From NCBI RefSeq assembly GCF_038025025.1, contig NW_027117341.1:1860001-1924000 (forward strand): DNA of 64,000 bases, read 5' to 3'. This DNA is from Phyllosticta citribraziliensis (lineage: Eukaryota). The notes under the pieces were generated by a model that was not told the DNA's origin, did not search any database, and worked only from the letters and a program-made list of their open reading frames with translations. Below, piece after piece: positions 49,566-61,216 of this stretch. Numbering within the stretch: position 1 is the stretch's first letter; each line of letters starts with the position of its first letter. The position numbers were made by a program, and so were the translations under genes.

Positions 49566-50407
49566 ATGGTCGACCGCCATCACACCCGCCTCACCGTCCT
49601 AATCTCCGGCAAGCAAGCCCTCCGCCTCCGCCCTTGGCCCACGTCATTCCGCTGGCTAACCAACTCCCAAAGGCAGCGGCTCCAACCTCCAAGCCCTCAT
49701 CGACGCGACCCGCGATGGCCGTCTGCCCAACACGTCCATCGTGCGCGTCATTTCCGACAAGAAGGCCGCCTACGGCGTGGAGCGCGCAAAGCAGGCCGGC
49801 ATCCCCACCCACTACCATGGCTTCCCGCCCTACAAGGAGCGCTTCCCAGACCTCGCGCGCCAGGCGCAGCGCGTCGAGTTCGACAAGGACTTGGCCAAGC
49901 TGGTGCTGGACGACAAGCCGGACATGGTCGTCTGCGCCGGTCAGCATCGCCCAAAAAACCTGCACTTCCTCCCCCCCGACTGACTGACGACCCCCCAGGC
50001 TACATGCTCATCCTGACGCCGCCGCTCCTCGACGCCCTGGCCGCCGCCAGCGTGCCCATCATCAACCTGCACCCGGCGCTGCCGGGCGAATACAACGGCG
50101 TATGAAGCTCCCTCTCCCAGCAACCGCAACAGCCGCATTGACCCGCAGACAGACGCACGCCATTGACCGCGCCCACGCCGACTGGCGCGCCGGCAAGACG
50201 ACCCGCACCGGCGTCATGGTGCACTACGTGATCCAAGAGGTCGACATGGGCACGCCCATCCTGACGCGCGAGATCCCCTTCGTCTCCGGCGAGGACGACA
50301 AGCTGGAGGACTTTGAGGATAAATTGCACAAGGTGGAGTGGGGCGCCATTGTCGAGGGGACTAGGCTGGCGATCGAGCAGCTGTGGAGGCAGAGGGAGCA
50401 GAAATGA
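49566..50407 (+). CDS. ADE8: Phosphoribosylglycinamide formyltransferase (GART/PurN)
   Basis: RLTVLISG(S/N)GSNLQALIDA, PDMVVCAGYM, INLHPALPG and TGVMVHYVIQEVDMG; first intron is GC-AG. Confidence 0.92.
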
Positions 50408-50821
50408 GATTTTGTGGTGAGCGTGGTTGGAAGCGCATACGTGCGGCGACTGCAATGAAAAATGAAAAAAGGCCGGAGAGGGGGTATAGCGCACAAATAT
50501 TGGCGCAATATACATGCGCCTTCTGCGAGTGGGCAGCCACAAAAATGCCTACCTACATCCAAGCAACATGAATTGCAAAAATGAAGCCATTTCAAACAAC
50601 CTTTTGCATCCTCATGATTGTATATGTTGTGTGCGTTGACGAGGAGCCAGCCAGGGCGTTGCCAGTCTGTCCGCCATTCAGTCTGCCTGTCGTTGCGCTC
50701 GTATTGAATGAAATAATGGAATGGAAGCGATCGACCGTCGCACGCATGCACGCTGCTGTGTGTGAGCACGGCGACGGCGACGGACGGCGACAATACGAAC
50801 AGCAACAATACCACCACAACG

Positions 50822-50853
50822 CAACCAACCAACCAACCAACCAACCAACCAAC
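50822..50853 (+). repeat. (CAAC)8 microsatellite
   Basis: Direct reading; one of many SSRs in the intergenic regions. Confidence 0.85.
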
Positions 50854-51007
50854 CACAGACAACACAACAAAGCCAAAACACTAAAGAACACCCTTCACAA
50901 ACTCCTCTGCTCTTCAACTACAAGATAAAAAGACCACAGCACAGAGAGACCCAGAAGGCAGGCGTGCGTCGGCTAGGAGACAAAATCAAAAAAGACAAAA
51001 AGATATC

Positions 51008-51106
51008 CTCTCCCGGACAGGCTTGAACTGTCAACCTCCTGATTGCTATCTGCTACGAGTAGCAGAATTAACAGTCAGACGCGCTAGCCAATTGCGCCAC
51101 GGAAGA
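51008..51106 (-). tRNA. tRNA-Asn (GTT) with a ~25-nt intron
   Basis: Acceptor stem TCTTCCG/CGGGAGA+G, D arm GCGC-AATTGGCTA-GCGC, anticodon arm TCTGA-CTGTTA[intron]A-TCAGG, T arm GACAG-TTCAAGC-CTGTC; downstream T-runs act as Pol III terminator. Confidence 0.95.
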
Positions 51107-51730
51107 TGGTGGGCTGTTGTTGATATTCGAGCTCGGAATTGTGATATATATAGTAATACAAAAAGCTGCTCCTCACGTCGACTACACACGCTCGGGCACA
51201 ATCTCGTCGACCTGTTCATTATCCTGTGCAGCGCACCACGCCAACCGTCTGCTTGCTCTTCCTTGATATTCACACCTTGCCAATACTAGCGTTTCAATCT
51301 GCTTTTTCTGATTCTCCCCTCCTCTCATGCCTGGACTTTTATTGCGTCTGTTGGTATGTAGTCATTCACATTCGCTGGCCGATTTGTCATTTCTGTTTAC
51401 TGCACAATAGAGCACCCGCTATCAACCAAAGGTATGTAGGGGAAATGCTCCCTCTGTCCATCCATGTTTAGGCACGGTATTCGAGCGCGATGTATTGCTG
51501 CTGCTGCGACGACGCGTGACTTGCTGCCAGCGGTGTTACTTGCAGCTGAGCTACAGAGGAAGGAGAGGGCGTAGGAGAGATATTCAGTAAGGTAAACAAG
51601 GTGAGCAAGGAGACATAGACAAGGGCGCCTTTTAGACTGCTGACAATCAACGAATTTATTCAACTCAGCAGCACCTGCAGTAGTAACCCACACTGCACCC
51701 CACGCAGCCTCCACATCCCCCACCAACCCA

Positions 51731-52375
51731 TCAAACCGAATGCGCCCTTCTCGCCTCTCTATCCCTCCTCCTCCCACCCCTGCGGACCCTCCTCCCAAAC
51801 AAAGCCCCCGCGCCCTCGTCGCCCTCCGCCTGCGCCGCCAGCCGCTGCGCAATCTCGACCTGCGCCCACGCCCGGGTGAGCTGCGCGTACGTGTCGGCCG
51901 TGACGCGCGGCAGCAGGCCGGGCAGCAGGCTGTGGTGGCCGAGGACGAAGCGGACGAGCTCGCGCGGGCGCAGGCGGCGCAGCACCTGCAGCGTGATTTC
52001 CGTCGGCAGCGGCCAGTCGTTGAAGATGAGAAGGAGATTGGAGTGCGGTGCTGCAGAGGAAGGGCGCGCGGCGGGCGAGTGGGACGTCGACGTCGTTGTT
52101 GATGAGGACGAGGGCGGGGGAGAGGCGACGGCCAGGTCGTTGTTTTCGCGTCGGCGAGGGAGCCGCGGCGCGGGCAGGTTGCGACAGAGCGGGGCGTAGA
52201 GGCGCCAGGTCATGGGAGGGACGATCAGGCGCTGCTGCAGCGACGAGTAGGCGGCAAAGGCAAAGTTGAGAAACGTCTCCGGCGACAGCCATTCGATGAT
52301 TTCCATAAGGAGCTCGGTGGGGAGGCTCAGCAGGCGGGAGCGCGGCGCAACGTCGAGTACGGTGGTTGGAGGCAT
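51731..52375 (-). CDS. Protein with two F-box-like motifs (214 aa, intronless)
   Basis: RLLSLPTELLMEIIEWLSPETFLNFA and WPLPTEITLQVLRRLRPRELVRFV; high GC3. Confidence 0.72.
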   Translation of the reverse strand: MPPTTVLDVAPRSRLLSLPTELLMEIIEWLSPETFLNFAFAAYSSLQQRLIVPPMTWRLYAPLCRNLPAPRLPRRRENNDLAVASPPPSSSSTTTSTSHSPAARPSSAAPHSNLLLIFNDWPLPTEITLQVLRRLRPRELVRFVLGHHSLLPGLLPRVTADTYAQLTRAWAQVEIAQRLAAQAEGDEGAGALFGRRVRRGGRRRDREARRAHSV

Positions 52376-52394
52376 GCTGGTGGAGCCCGCTGGC

Positions 52395-53209
52395 TCACTC
52401 CTTGTGCGGCTTGGTTGGCGGCTCGATGCTGGTGATCCAGCGAATGATCAAGGACGCCACGAACCAGGACCCAACGGCCGACGCGACGATGTAGATGCCC
52501 GTCGGAATGAGGGACCGTGGGAAGATGTTGAGGATATAAGGGTCGAGTACTGGAGTGTGTCAGAACGGGCTTTGTTGTCGGGTGCGCGTGCCGCTTACTG
52601 ATTTCCGCCTTCACATCGGGCGGGTCATTCATCAACGTCTTGTTGAGGGTGAAAAAGTCGGCAGCGGCTTGAATATGGAGGAACAAGACGGACGCAGGCC
52701 CTGAATCCGAGTCTCCCGCTGCGGCGTCTTCTGCTACCACAGCCTTGCTCTCGGGGAGGCTTTCAGAGTACTCTGCCAGGGCAGAGATGAGGTCGGGCGT
52801 GTCGAAGACGGAGGTGATGGTGTAGACGTCGAGCCAGAATTCCGTGGGTTGCTATGTACATCAGTTTGCGCTCGAGAACCTTCAACCGTGGATCTGGATG
52901 TACCGTAGCCGGCCAGCAAATGCGGACCTCGTACCTCTGCCCTTGTTCGAGCCCGCTCAACAGGAACCACGATTGTTCGCCGCGCGAATGCTCGGCAGTC
53001 GGAAACTTGACGGGCAGGTTTGCGCGGAGGGTATGCTTGGCCGGCGTGAGGCTGGTCAGACGGAGGTCCTGAAGGCTGGGTCGAACATTTGGGATCGTGA
53101 CGGCGACGGGCGCGGTGAAGATGGTCTTTTCGACGTTGGCGGTGGCGACGTTCGCAAAGGTGGTCAAAATTGCAGACAGGACGAGAGTGGCCCAGCTCGA
53201 AAAAAGCAT
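52395..53209 (-). CDS. PGA1: GPI mannosyltransferase II accessory subunit, Pga1-like (signal peptide, lumenal domain, C-terminal TM)
   Basis: ANVEKTIF...RYEVRICWPAT|QPTEFWL...ILDPYILNIFPRSLIPTGIYIV; introns 52852-52903 and 52550-52598; C-terminal KPHKE*. Confidence 0.7.
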
Positions 53210-53762
53210 CTTCAATGCTTGCGCAGGCAGGCGCGACCGTAGCACTTTCGGCTGGTCGACATGGCGTGTTGTTGCTGCAGTGGAGCTGTCGGCGACATGG
53301 ACATGGCGGCTGAAGTTCGGCATTTCAGGACCTAACGTCATGGACAGGGGTGACAACCTGACCCGGGCCTGACTGTCTACCCACAAGGGGGTATGGAATG
53401 GAAGTCTGCCTAATGTAGATTGAAATAGAGTTATGGCAATTGGAAATGATAATTGAATCCAACAAGTTCAAGTCCGATGAGTCAATTCACTCTGTTGTGC
53501 ACAATTCCCGAATTGAATATACAAACCCGAGTCCGCCTCTCCCAGACAGGATCCGTCTTCAGTGTGTCCTGGATTCTCTACGTACAGGTTGACCTGAGAG
53601 CCCATCAAGCAACACACCTCTCCGTTTCCATCCAGGTCTCCCCATGTATAAACCTTGTACGGCCTTTATGTGTTCAACCCTTCGTATCCACTCCTCGCCG
53701 TCCTTGCTTGAAGCTAGACATGTCTTGTTGTCTGCCCTAGCAAAGTGTATCTGAGTCGAGAC

Positions 53763-54542
53763 TCATGTGGTCGTATCTTCATCACCTTCGAGAGAGGGCT
53801 TTCGCATGGCACGCTCGACGTAGACGACCTCCGGGATAGGTTCGTCGTAATTGTCCGCCGGGGAACCGAGCTCCTCAAACTTGGCCTTTGCCATGCGCGC
53901 AACATATTTTTGCATCAAGAGGCGCTGTTCCTCAGAAATGGTCCAGATCAAGTCGGAGATGCTGTTCAGAAATTTGGTGATCTGAGAAATGACGGCAGAG
54001 TAAGCCTGGAAGCAACACGCCCAAGGCTACCAAAAGGTTAGCATTTTAGAGAAATGGAGTGTCGACATACCCACCTGGTCAGCCCGGCTGGAAGCGAGCC
54101 ATATGAAGGAAGTGGGCCAAAGTTTTCGCAGGCGTTTGAAGTGAGCCACGCTTTTCCGATAGCTTGATTCTTCGAGAAACTCGTGCTTCTTGTCCGAAAA
54201 AGCCCATAAGAGACCACAGTCGCGAAATACACAACCAGAAGGCGTGATTATCGGCTGTGGTTTTGCAGAGTCGGGAACGCCCGTCTCGCAAACGAGCTCC
54301 TCCACCTTTTCCGCCACGTCTTTCAACAGTGTGTTCTCAATCTCTTCGAAGACAACTTCCGGGTCAGGAGAGATAATGGCCGTCTCCATAAGGTTGAAGA
54401 TTCTTTGCGCATCAATCTTCCCCATCTCTCGAAGGTGCTTGTCGGCTTCGGTGGGATCAGAGTCGAGGAGATGAGGCGTCAGAACACTGGCGGCTGGGCC
54501 AAGTCTCTGGACGAAATCCTGAAAAGGGGGAGGTCGCGCCAT
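53763..54542 (-). CDS. Hypothetical protein (~243 aa, 2 exons), no family recognised
   Basis: Intron 54027-54074 (GTGGGT...GCTAAC...TAG) joins two open frames. Confidence 0.62.
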
Positions 54543-54762
54543 CTTGCGGGCGGAGTTCTTTGAGCTCTCCGTTGGGAGTGTGATGAATTGCAGAGGTTGA
54601 CGAAGAAGGAGAGAAGAGCCAAAGACAGCTGCTTATGTCGTCGCCGCCGCCGCCGTCACCAGCGGCGTCCACTTGACGGTGCACAGGGCGAGTGGACGAC
54701 CACAAAACCAAAACAACGAGGTGCTCGAAATCCACTCACCAAACTTACCACCAGTCATCACC

Positions 54763-55461
54763 ATGGCCGACACTGGCAAGGCTTCACGGCTGAGGAAGGT
54801 CCCAACCATCAAGGACATTCGCGCCAGCTTGACCGCGGGATCCTCCAAGGGCTCCAAGAGCTTGAAGAAAAAGCTCACCAAGTCCATCTCTGGTCTCCGC
54901 AATCGCTTCCAGAGAGACACGTCCCAGGACCCTTCCCCGCCGGTCCAGGGCAACTCCATGGTGGAGCCGCTGTTTCCAGCTCGCGGTAGATCGGTCAGCT
55001 TGACGCCCATCTACTCCCCATTCCCGGAAGACGGCCAGGTCAGTTTGTACGCGCCATCGAGACAAACATCGCTAAACTTGACAGGTTGACGGAGGAGGCG
55101 AAGGAAAATACGAGAACAAGATCAATGTTGGACCATTCTTTGCGCGTTTCCAGGAAGTAAGTGTTTTACCATTCAACTTCGGGAATCTTCCAGATTGCTG
55201 CTAACAATTGTGGCACAGGCGGTCCAGCTTGCCCGCGACAAGCACGTGGACGAGTGTCATGCCGAGTGCCTCAAGCTTCTGCAGGCGCGCATCTCGGACG
55301 GCCTCCGCTACGAGGTGCTCATGCTGATTACGAGCATCTCGGCGCACCGCGAGGCGCTGGCTACGGTTGACCAGCTCCAGAAGCACTGCTCGGTCATGGA
55401 GCAGAACGTCCTTCGAATCAAGAAGCAGATCCAGCAGCAGGGAGAAGTCTGGGACGGCTGA
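54763..55461 (+). CDS. Hypothetical protein (~196 aa, 3 exons) with a basic N-terminus and helical/coiled-coil C-terminus
   Basis: CACCATGG start context; introns 55039-55084 and 55157-55218 keep the frame. Confidence 0.65.
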
Positions 55462-56053
55462 GCCACCGCAGTTCGAGGCGGTATATTGGAAGAGTGGTAC
55501 TTGACTCGACAAGGAAAAGGAAACGGTAAACAAGACAGCCTCTTGGATTATTGAAGGTTTACTGACTCGGGGGCAGGGCACGGACGGTGTATGGCTGATG
55601 GATACTGGACGTAGGGCAGACAAGTCAATGCAAAGGGACAAGTCCTGTCCATCGTGTTGATGAGATGTCCAGTGAGGTGTGCTACCGTACTGCGGTGGAG
55701 TGATCGGAGTGCAGGGCCGGCCGAGAGCAATAAAGAGTGTCTGCGTTTTCCTCCTATCCCAACCGGTCACGTGCCCTGGGCGGGTCGGGCCAATTTCGGG
55801 CAAGCGCCAGGCGCACTCTGGATTTGTTTACTTGGGCAAGCTCGACCCCCCCGGTTCAGCGCAGCGCAGACCCAGAGCAGAGCGAGGGACAACCGTACGG
55901 AACCGAACGACAACCCTCTCCCTTTCCCTTTACGCGATCACCACGCCCGGTCCACTTCATTCATCAAGCCTCCCCTCTTACAATAACTGCTCCCCCCCGT
56001 CCCCCCAACACCTTCTTCCTCCACACACCCCTATCTCTCTAGCCAACGCCACC

Positions 56054-57770
56054 ATGAGAGAGGTTATTAGCTTGAACGGTATGCTTGCCCCGCTCGCGCG
56101 CTTCCATCTCGTCTGTCTCGTCGTTGGACTCTGCTGACCTCAACGCGCTCTCAGTCGGCCAGGCCGGTTGCCAGATCGCAAACTCCTGCTGGGAGGTAAG
56201 TTTCTGCTCTCCCCACGCCTCTCGTGACCCGGCGCTAACGCGAACTTCAGCTCTACTGCCTCGAGCACGGTATTTCGGTATGCGCCCACTTCCGCCACCC
56301 CGCTGCCGTCGACCGTCTGAACAGCCCCAATTGACTCACCCTGTGCCATAGCCCGACGGTTACCTCACCGAAGAGCGCAAGAACCAGGCCGAAGAGGACC
56401 ATGGCTTCAGCACCTTCTTCTCCGAGACGGGTACGACCGACTTTGCCCGCATCGCAGACTCTGATAACATGGCGCTGACAAATGTCTAGGCCAGGGCAAG
56501 TACGTGCCCCGCACCATCTACGCCGACCTCGAGCCCAACGTCGTCGACGAAGTCCGCACCGGCACCTACCGCAGCCTCTTCCACCCGGAGCAGATGATTA
56601 CTGGCAAGGAGGATGCTAGCAACAACTATGCCCGTGGCCACTACACCGTTGGCAAGGAACTCATCGACCAGGTCCTCGACAAGGTCCGCCGCGTTGCCGA
56701 CAACTGCGCTGGTCTCCAAGGTTTCCTCGTCTTCCACTCGTTCGGTGGCGGTACCGGTTCTGGTTTCGGCGCTCTGCTCATGGAGCGTCTGTCCGTCGAC
56801 TATGGCAAGAAGTGCAAGCTGGAATTCTGCGTCTACCCCGCTCCCCAGGTCGCCACCTCTGTTGTTGAGCCTTACAACTCGATCCTCACCACCCACACCA
56901 CTCTGGAGCACTCGGACTGCAGCTTCATGGTTGACAACGAGGCCATTTACGACATCTGCCGCCGCAACCTCGGCATTGAGAGGCCAAACTACGAGAACCT
57001 GAACCGCCTGATTGCCCAGGGTAAATACGCCGCCTTCCCTGTGTGCTATGATTCTAACATTTTCCAGTCGTCTCCTCCATCACGGCCTCCCTCCGCTTCG
57101 ACGGCTCCCTGAACGTCGACCTCAACGAGTTCCAGACCAACCTGGTGCCCTACCCCCGTATCCACTTCCCTCTCGTCGCCTACTCGCCCGTTGTCAGCGC
57201 CGCCAAGGCCGCCCACGAGGCCAACTCGGTGCAGGAGATTTCCATGTCCTGCTTCGAGCCTAACAACCAGATGGTCAAGTGTGACCCCCGCAACGGCAAG
57301 TACATGGCTACCTGCCTGCTGTACCGCGGCGACGTCGTCCCCAAGGACGTGCACGCTGCCGTCGCCACTCTCAAGACCAAGCGCACCATCCAATTCGTCG
57401 ACTGGTGCCCCACTGGCTTCAAGATTGGTATCTGCTACCAGCCTCCCCAGACCGTGCCCAACGGTGACCTGGCCAAGGTCAACAGGGCTGTGTACGTTTT
57501 CCTCCTCTCTGAACTTGAAATTTTGCTAACAGTCAATCTAGCTGCATGTTGTCCAACACCACCGCCATTGCCGAGGCTTGGTCCGCACTTTCGCACAAGT
57601 TCGACCTCATGTACTCCAAGCGCGCCTTTGTCCACTGGTATGTCGGTGAGGGTATGGAGGAAGGTGAGTTCAGCGAGGCCCGTGAGGACCTTGCTGCGCT
57701 CGAGAGGGACTACGAGGAGGTTGCTGCCGACTCGCTCGAGGGCGAGGAGGGCATCGAGGCCGAGTACTAA
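56054..57770 (+). CDS. tubA: Alpha-tubulin
   Basis: [45 protein letters not shown] and C-terminal EEGIEAEY; six introns. Confidence 0.98.
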
Positions 57771-58077
57771 GCGGACGGGAATCGATATGGGAAAATGGGG
57801 TTGGCGTTGGTGTTGCATGCCGGGCCATCAAGCGAGTGGGATACGGTAGCTTTTTCCTTGGGCCGAGTACCATTCTTCGCCTGATAGTTGGGAGCTTCTT
57901 TTTCCGTGGTTTTTCTGTTAGTGTTTTTTAATCCAAGGAGGTTCCATCTGTCTGCACTCGCAATCTGTGTGCCAGCGGAAGCGGATCAAAAACTGCATTG
58001 TAACTGGTGCGAGACACGCGCTGATAAATGTTCCCCGTCCTATCCAAACGCCCTTCAAACATACCAATTGCAACACT

Positions 58078-60950
58078 CTACTCCTCGTCCCCATCATCAT
58101 CATCAGCATCCAACCCAACCAGCCTCCTCTCAGCCAACTCGGCAATCTTGTCACTCAGGACATCGCGGCCAAAGCGCGAAGCAACGCGCATGGCGGCGTC
58201 GAGCATCTTGCCGGAGCGGTCGCGCATGAGGGCGACGACCTCGAGGCACTTCATGCCGCGGTGCTCGCCGTCGCGGCACTCGGCGGCCAGCAGCTGCAGC
58301 AGCAGCTTGTCCAGCTCGACCTCGGCGCGCGCCAGCGCCGCGCGCTGCGCCGCCGTCGCGTGCGTCGTGCGCTGCTGGTCGGCCTGCAGGCTGTGCTGCA
58401 GCGACGCGAGGAGGTGCTGCGATTCGAGGGCTTGGGCTTCGCTGAGGTCGTTGTCGGCGTTGTCGTCAGCGTTGTCGTCGGAGGCAGAGCCGTCGTCGGC
58501 GTCCATGGCGTCGGGGTCTCGATGTGTTTTCTTTTTGTTTTTCTTCTTCTTGTCGTCACTGGAGGAGGAGGAGGAGGGGTCGCGGCCGTAGACGGGGACG
58601 CAGAAGTCAAAGTCGGAGAGCAAGGGCCGCGGGAAGTACGGGTGGGCGTCGCCGCCCTTGAGGATGATGCAGTGGAAGCGGTTGTTGGAGACGGCGACGG
58701 GCCAGTAGGTCTCGTGGCGGCGGCCGGACGCCAGACGCGGCAGCAGGCGCGTGTCGAGCAGCGGCACCCAGCGCGCCTGGTGCTGCGTGCGCCAGTGCTG
58801 CAGCACGAGCAGCGTGCCCGTGCTGTCGTAGATGTGGGGGTCCTGTTGCCCACGTTAGATGGTAAGGGTCGCGCGAGGGGGAAGAGAAGGGGGATGGATG
58901 GAGGGATGGATGGACTTACCCCCTGGTCGGAGAAGAAGACGCTTTGCAGCTTAACGCCCGGGCCGAGGGCGACAATGTCTTCGTTTTGCACCATCTCGTC
59001 GCGCTTGACGTTTTCGATCGAGTAGAGCAGCCGCGTGGTGCCGTCGCCGCCTACGGGGCCGTTGCCAATCGTCAAGACGTAGTCGCGCCAGCTGGCGCAG
59101 GTCACGGTTGGAGACGACTTTTGGCGGTATACGCGAACCGGGACCCCAAACAGCGTGTAGACGCGGACGTAGTCGGCCGATGTCGTCACGACAACATAAG
59201 AGTCGCTGAGCGAAATGGCCGTCACGTCCTCGCCCAGCGGCAGGTTGGTTCTCCAGTCTGTGCGCGTCGTCCACGTCTCGTGGGGCCGGTAGTACACCAT
59301 GGCTGGGTGGTCCTTGGACGAGGGGCAAGCAAACAGCGTGCCCTTCTCGTTGAGGCACGCCTTGTCGTATAGAAAGGGGTCGGTGAAGTGAAAGTCTCGG
59401 TGTGCCTCTCTGTCGTAGAATTCCACCGTTACCGTGTGGTGAGTATCTTGGTCGACCGTCCACACGAAACCTGTCAGGTTCAAGCAGAGATAACGCCTGT
59501 TTCCTCGCCAGGGAGTGCTGCCAGGTTGGAATGACGCATGGATCTTGGGATGAAAGCTGCCGTGGCTTGATTTGCTGCGCTTCCCACCCACCACGGCCAG
59601 ATCGTCAATAGTCCTTGGTCGTTTTCCAAATCCATTGGTTGCGTCCGCGTATCCAGCACCGTCGTCATCGTCGACAAAAGGATCCGCGTCGGACAGGTCG
59701 TCATCTTCGGCCAAGATTTCATCCAGAGAGTCAGGCGTACCTGCTCGTGCTGGACGATGTGGTATTGCTTCTTTTGTGCCGTTGGTCGGTGCTCGTCGCG
59801 CGTTGGCTGTCGTCTCCGCAAGAGGGTCGTGGATGAAAGGGGCCGGGTAAAGATCCTTTTCCAGTATTCGAGCATGGCCAGCAGGAACGACGTCTGTGTG
59901 AATAAAGAGCTCGCCGTCGTTGTTGGTGTACGACAGAACGTTATCGGTGGGATGCCATGCCATGGCGAAAATCGTAGCACGAACGTCGTCGTACGTCTTG
60001 ACTACGCGCTGAGTCTTGACATCCCACAACACGAGCTTCCGATCATGTCCACTAGTTGCAAGAAGCCCTCCGTTGGGTGACCAGGCCGCCGCGGTAATGT
60101 CGCCCGTATGGCCGGATTTGAAGGCCCGCTGATTTTCCCAATCGCTGCGAGAGACGACTTGTATATCCCGCGTCGGCGTGGCAGCCGCAAACGCCCGGCC
60201 ATCCGGATGCCAAATGACCTTGGAGCTCGCCTCGACATCTGTTTCCAGCGCCTTGATCAACCCGTCGACTTTTTTGATCAACTGCGGCTCCTCTGAGCTA
60301 AGCGAGTAGACGTAGACGATGCCATCCGAGCCCGAGACTGCTAGGTAGGTTCCGCTGACGTCGAAAGATATGTGCTTTACGGGCCGTGTTTGTTCTCGGA
60401 GGTAGAGGACTCGAGTCATGTCATGCGTGTTGACGACCTTGACAACCAGCTCACTGCAACTTTGTCAGCGATTTTTCTCTTTCATGGTGTTGTCGGCGTA
60501 CTCGCTAGCCACTGCTGCCCAATTTCCATCCGGGGACAATGCGATTTCTCGCACAGGTAGAGTACTACGGACGAGTACACCGTCGAGCGAGTTTGTCTCG
60601 AGAGAGTATTTGCAAACGGTGCCATCCTCGGACCCGGTTACGAAAAAGTTGTTCTAACGAAATGTTAGCTGGTGCTAGTATCCAATTCCTCGTGCCAACG
60701 ACGCACAGCAGCAGCAACAGCGGTATTCGAGTCTTGAGCATTATCAATGTTGGTCGGCTCGTCGTCGGATCCCGTTTGAAAGACGCGAATGGCATTGTTC
60801 AAGCCGACGGTGATGAGCTTGCGGCCGTTGGGAGTGTATGCGAGAAAAGTCGGGCCCGGAGGATCTGCGCAAGAGCTGTCAGCAGGGAAATTTGCGGCAT
60901 GAATCAAGCGACGTACGGGCAGGAAGACCCCTCAATCGTTGCTGGGCCAT
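58078..60950 (-). CDS. sepB: Replisome hub Ctf4/SepB/Mcl1 (WD40 plus SepB domain)
   Basis: N-terminal WD40 repeats, FQPGSTPWRGNRRYLCLNLTG, HRDFHFTD and RWVPLLDT...YWPVAV; four introns. Confidence 0.92.
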
Positions 60951-61000
60951 GTTGTCGTGGTTGCGCTCAAAGAGTTGCGGAGGTGTTGCGGAGCAGACGG

Positions 61001-61023
61001 ACGCGCTGGACGCGTTTACGCGA
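61001..61023. promoter_or_regulatory. Cluster of MCB (ACGCG/ACGCGT) cell-cycle elements in the CTF4-HUS1 bidirectional promoter
   Basis: ACGCG at 61001, ACGCGT at 61010 and ACGCGA at 61018, all within 23 bp. Confidence 0.65.
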
Positions 61024-61216
61024 CGCACTAGGGCGAAATGGGCAAGGTGAGTGAGCAAGGATCAAGGTTTGGGAGGGCCAGGCCATCAGGTTTCCCCACG
61101 TCCAACATTGCTTGTCTCGACGACGTCGACGCAAGGCCATCCAATACCTGTCACTCGAAGCTCGAGCAGGCCAAGTGGAGATTGAATTCCTCGCCTCGAC
61201 TTTCTCTTCCACCACC

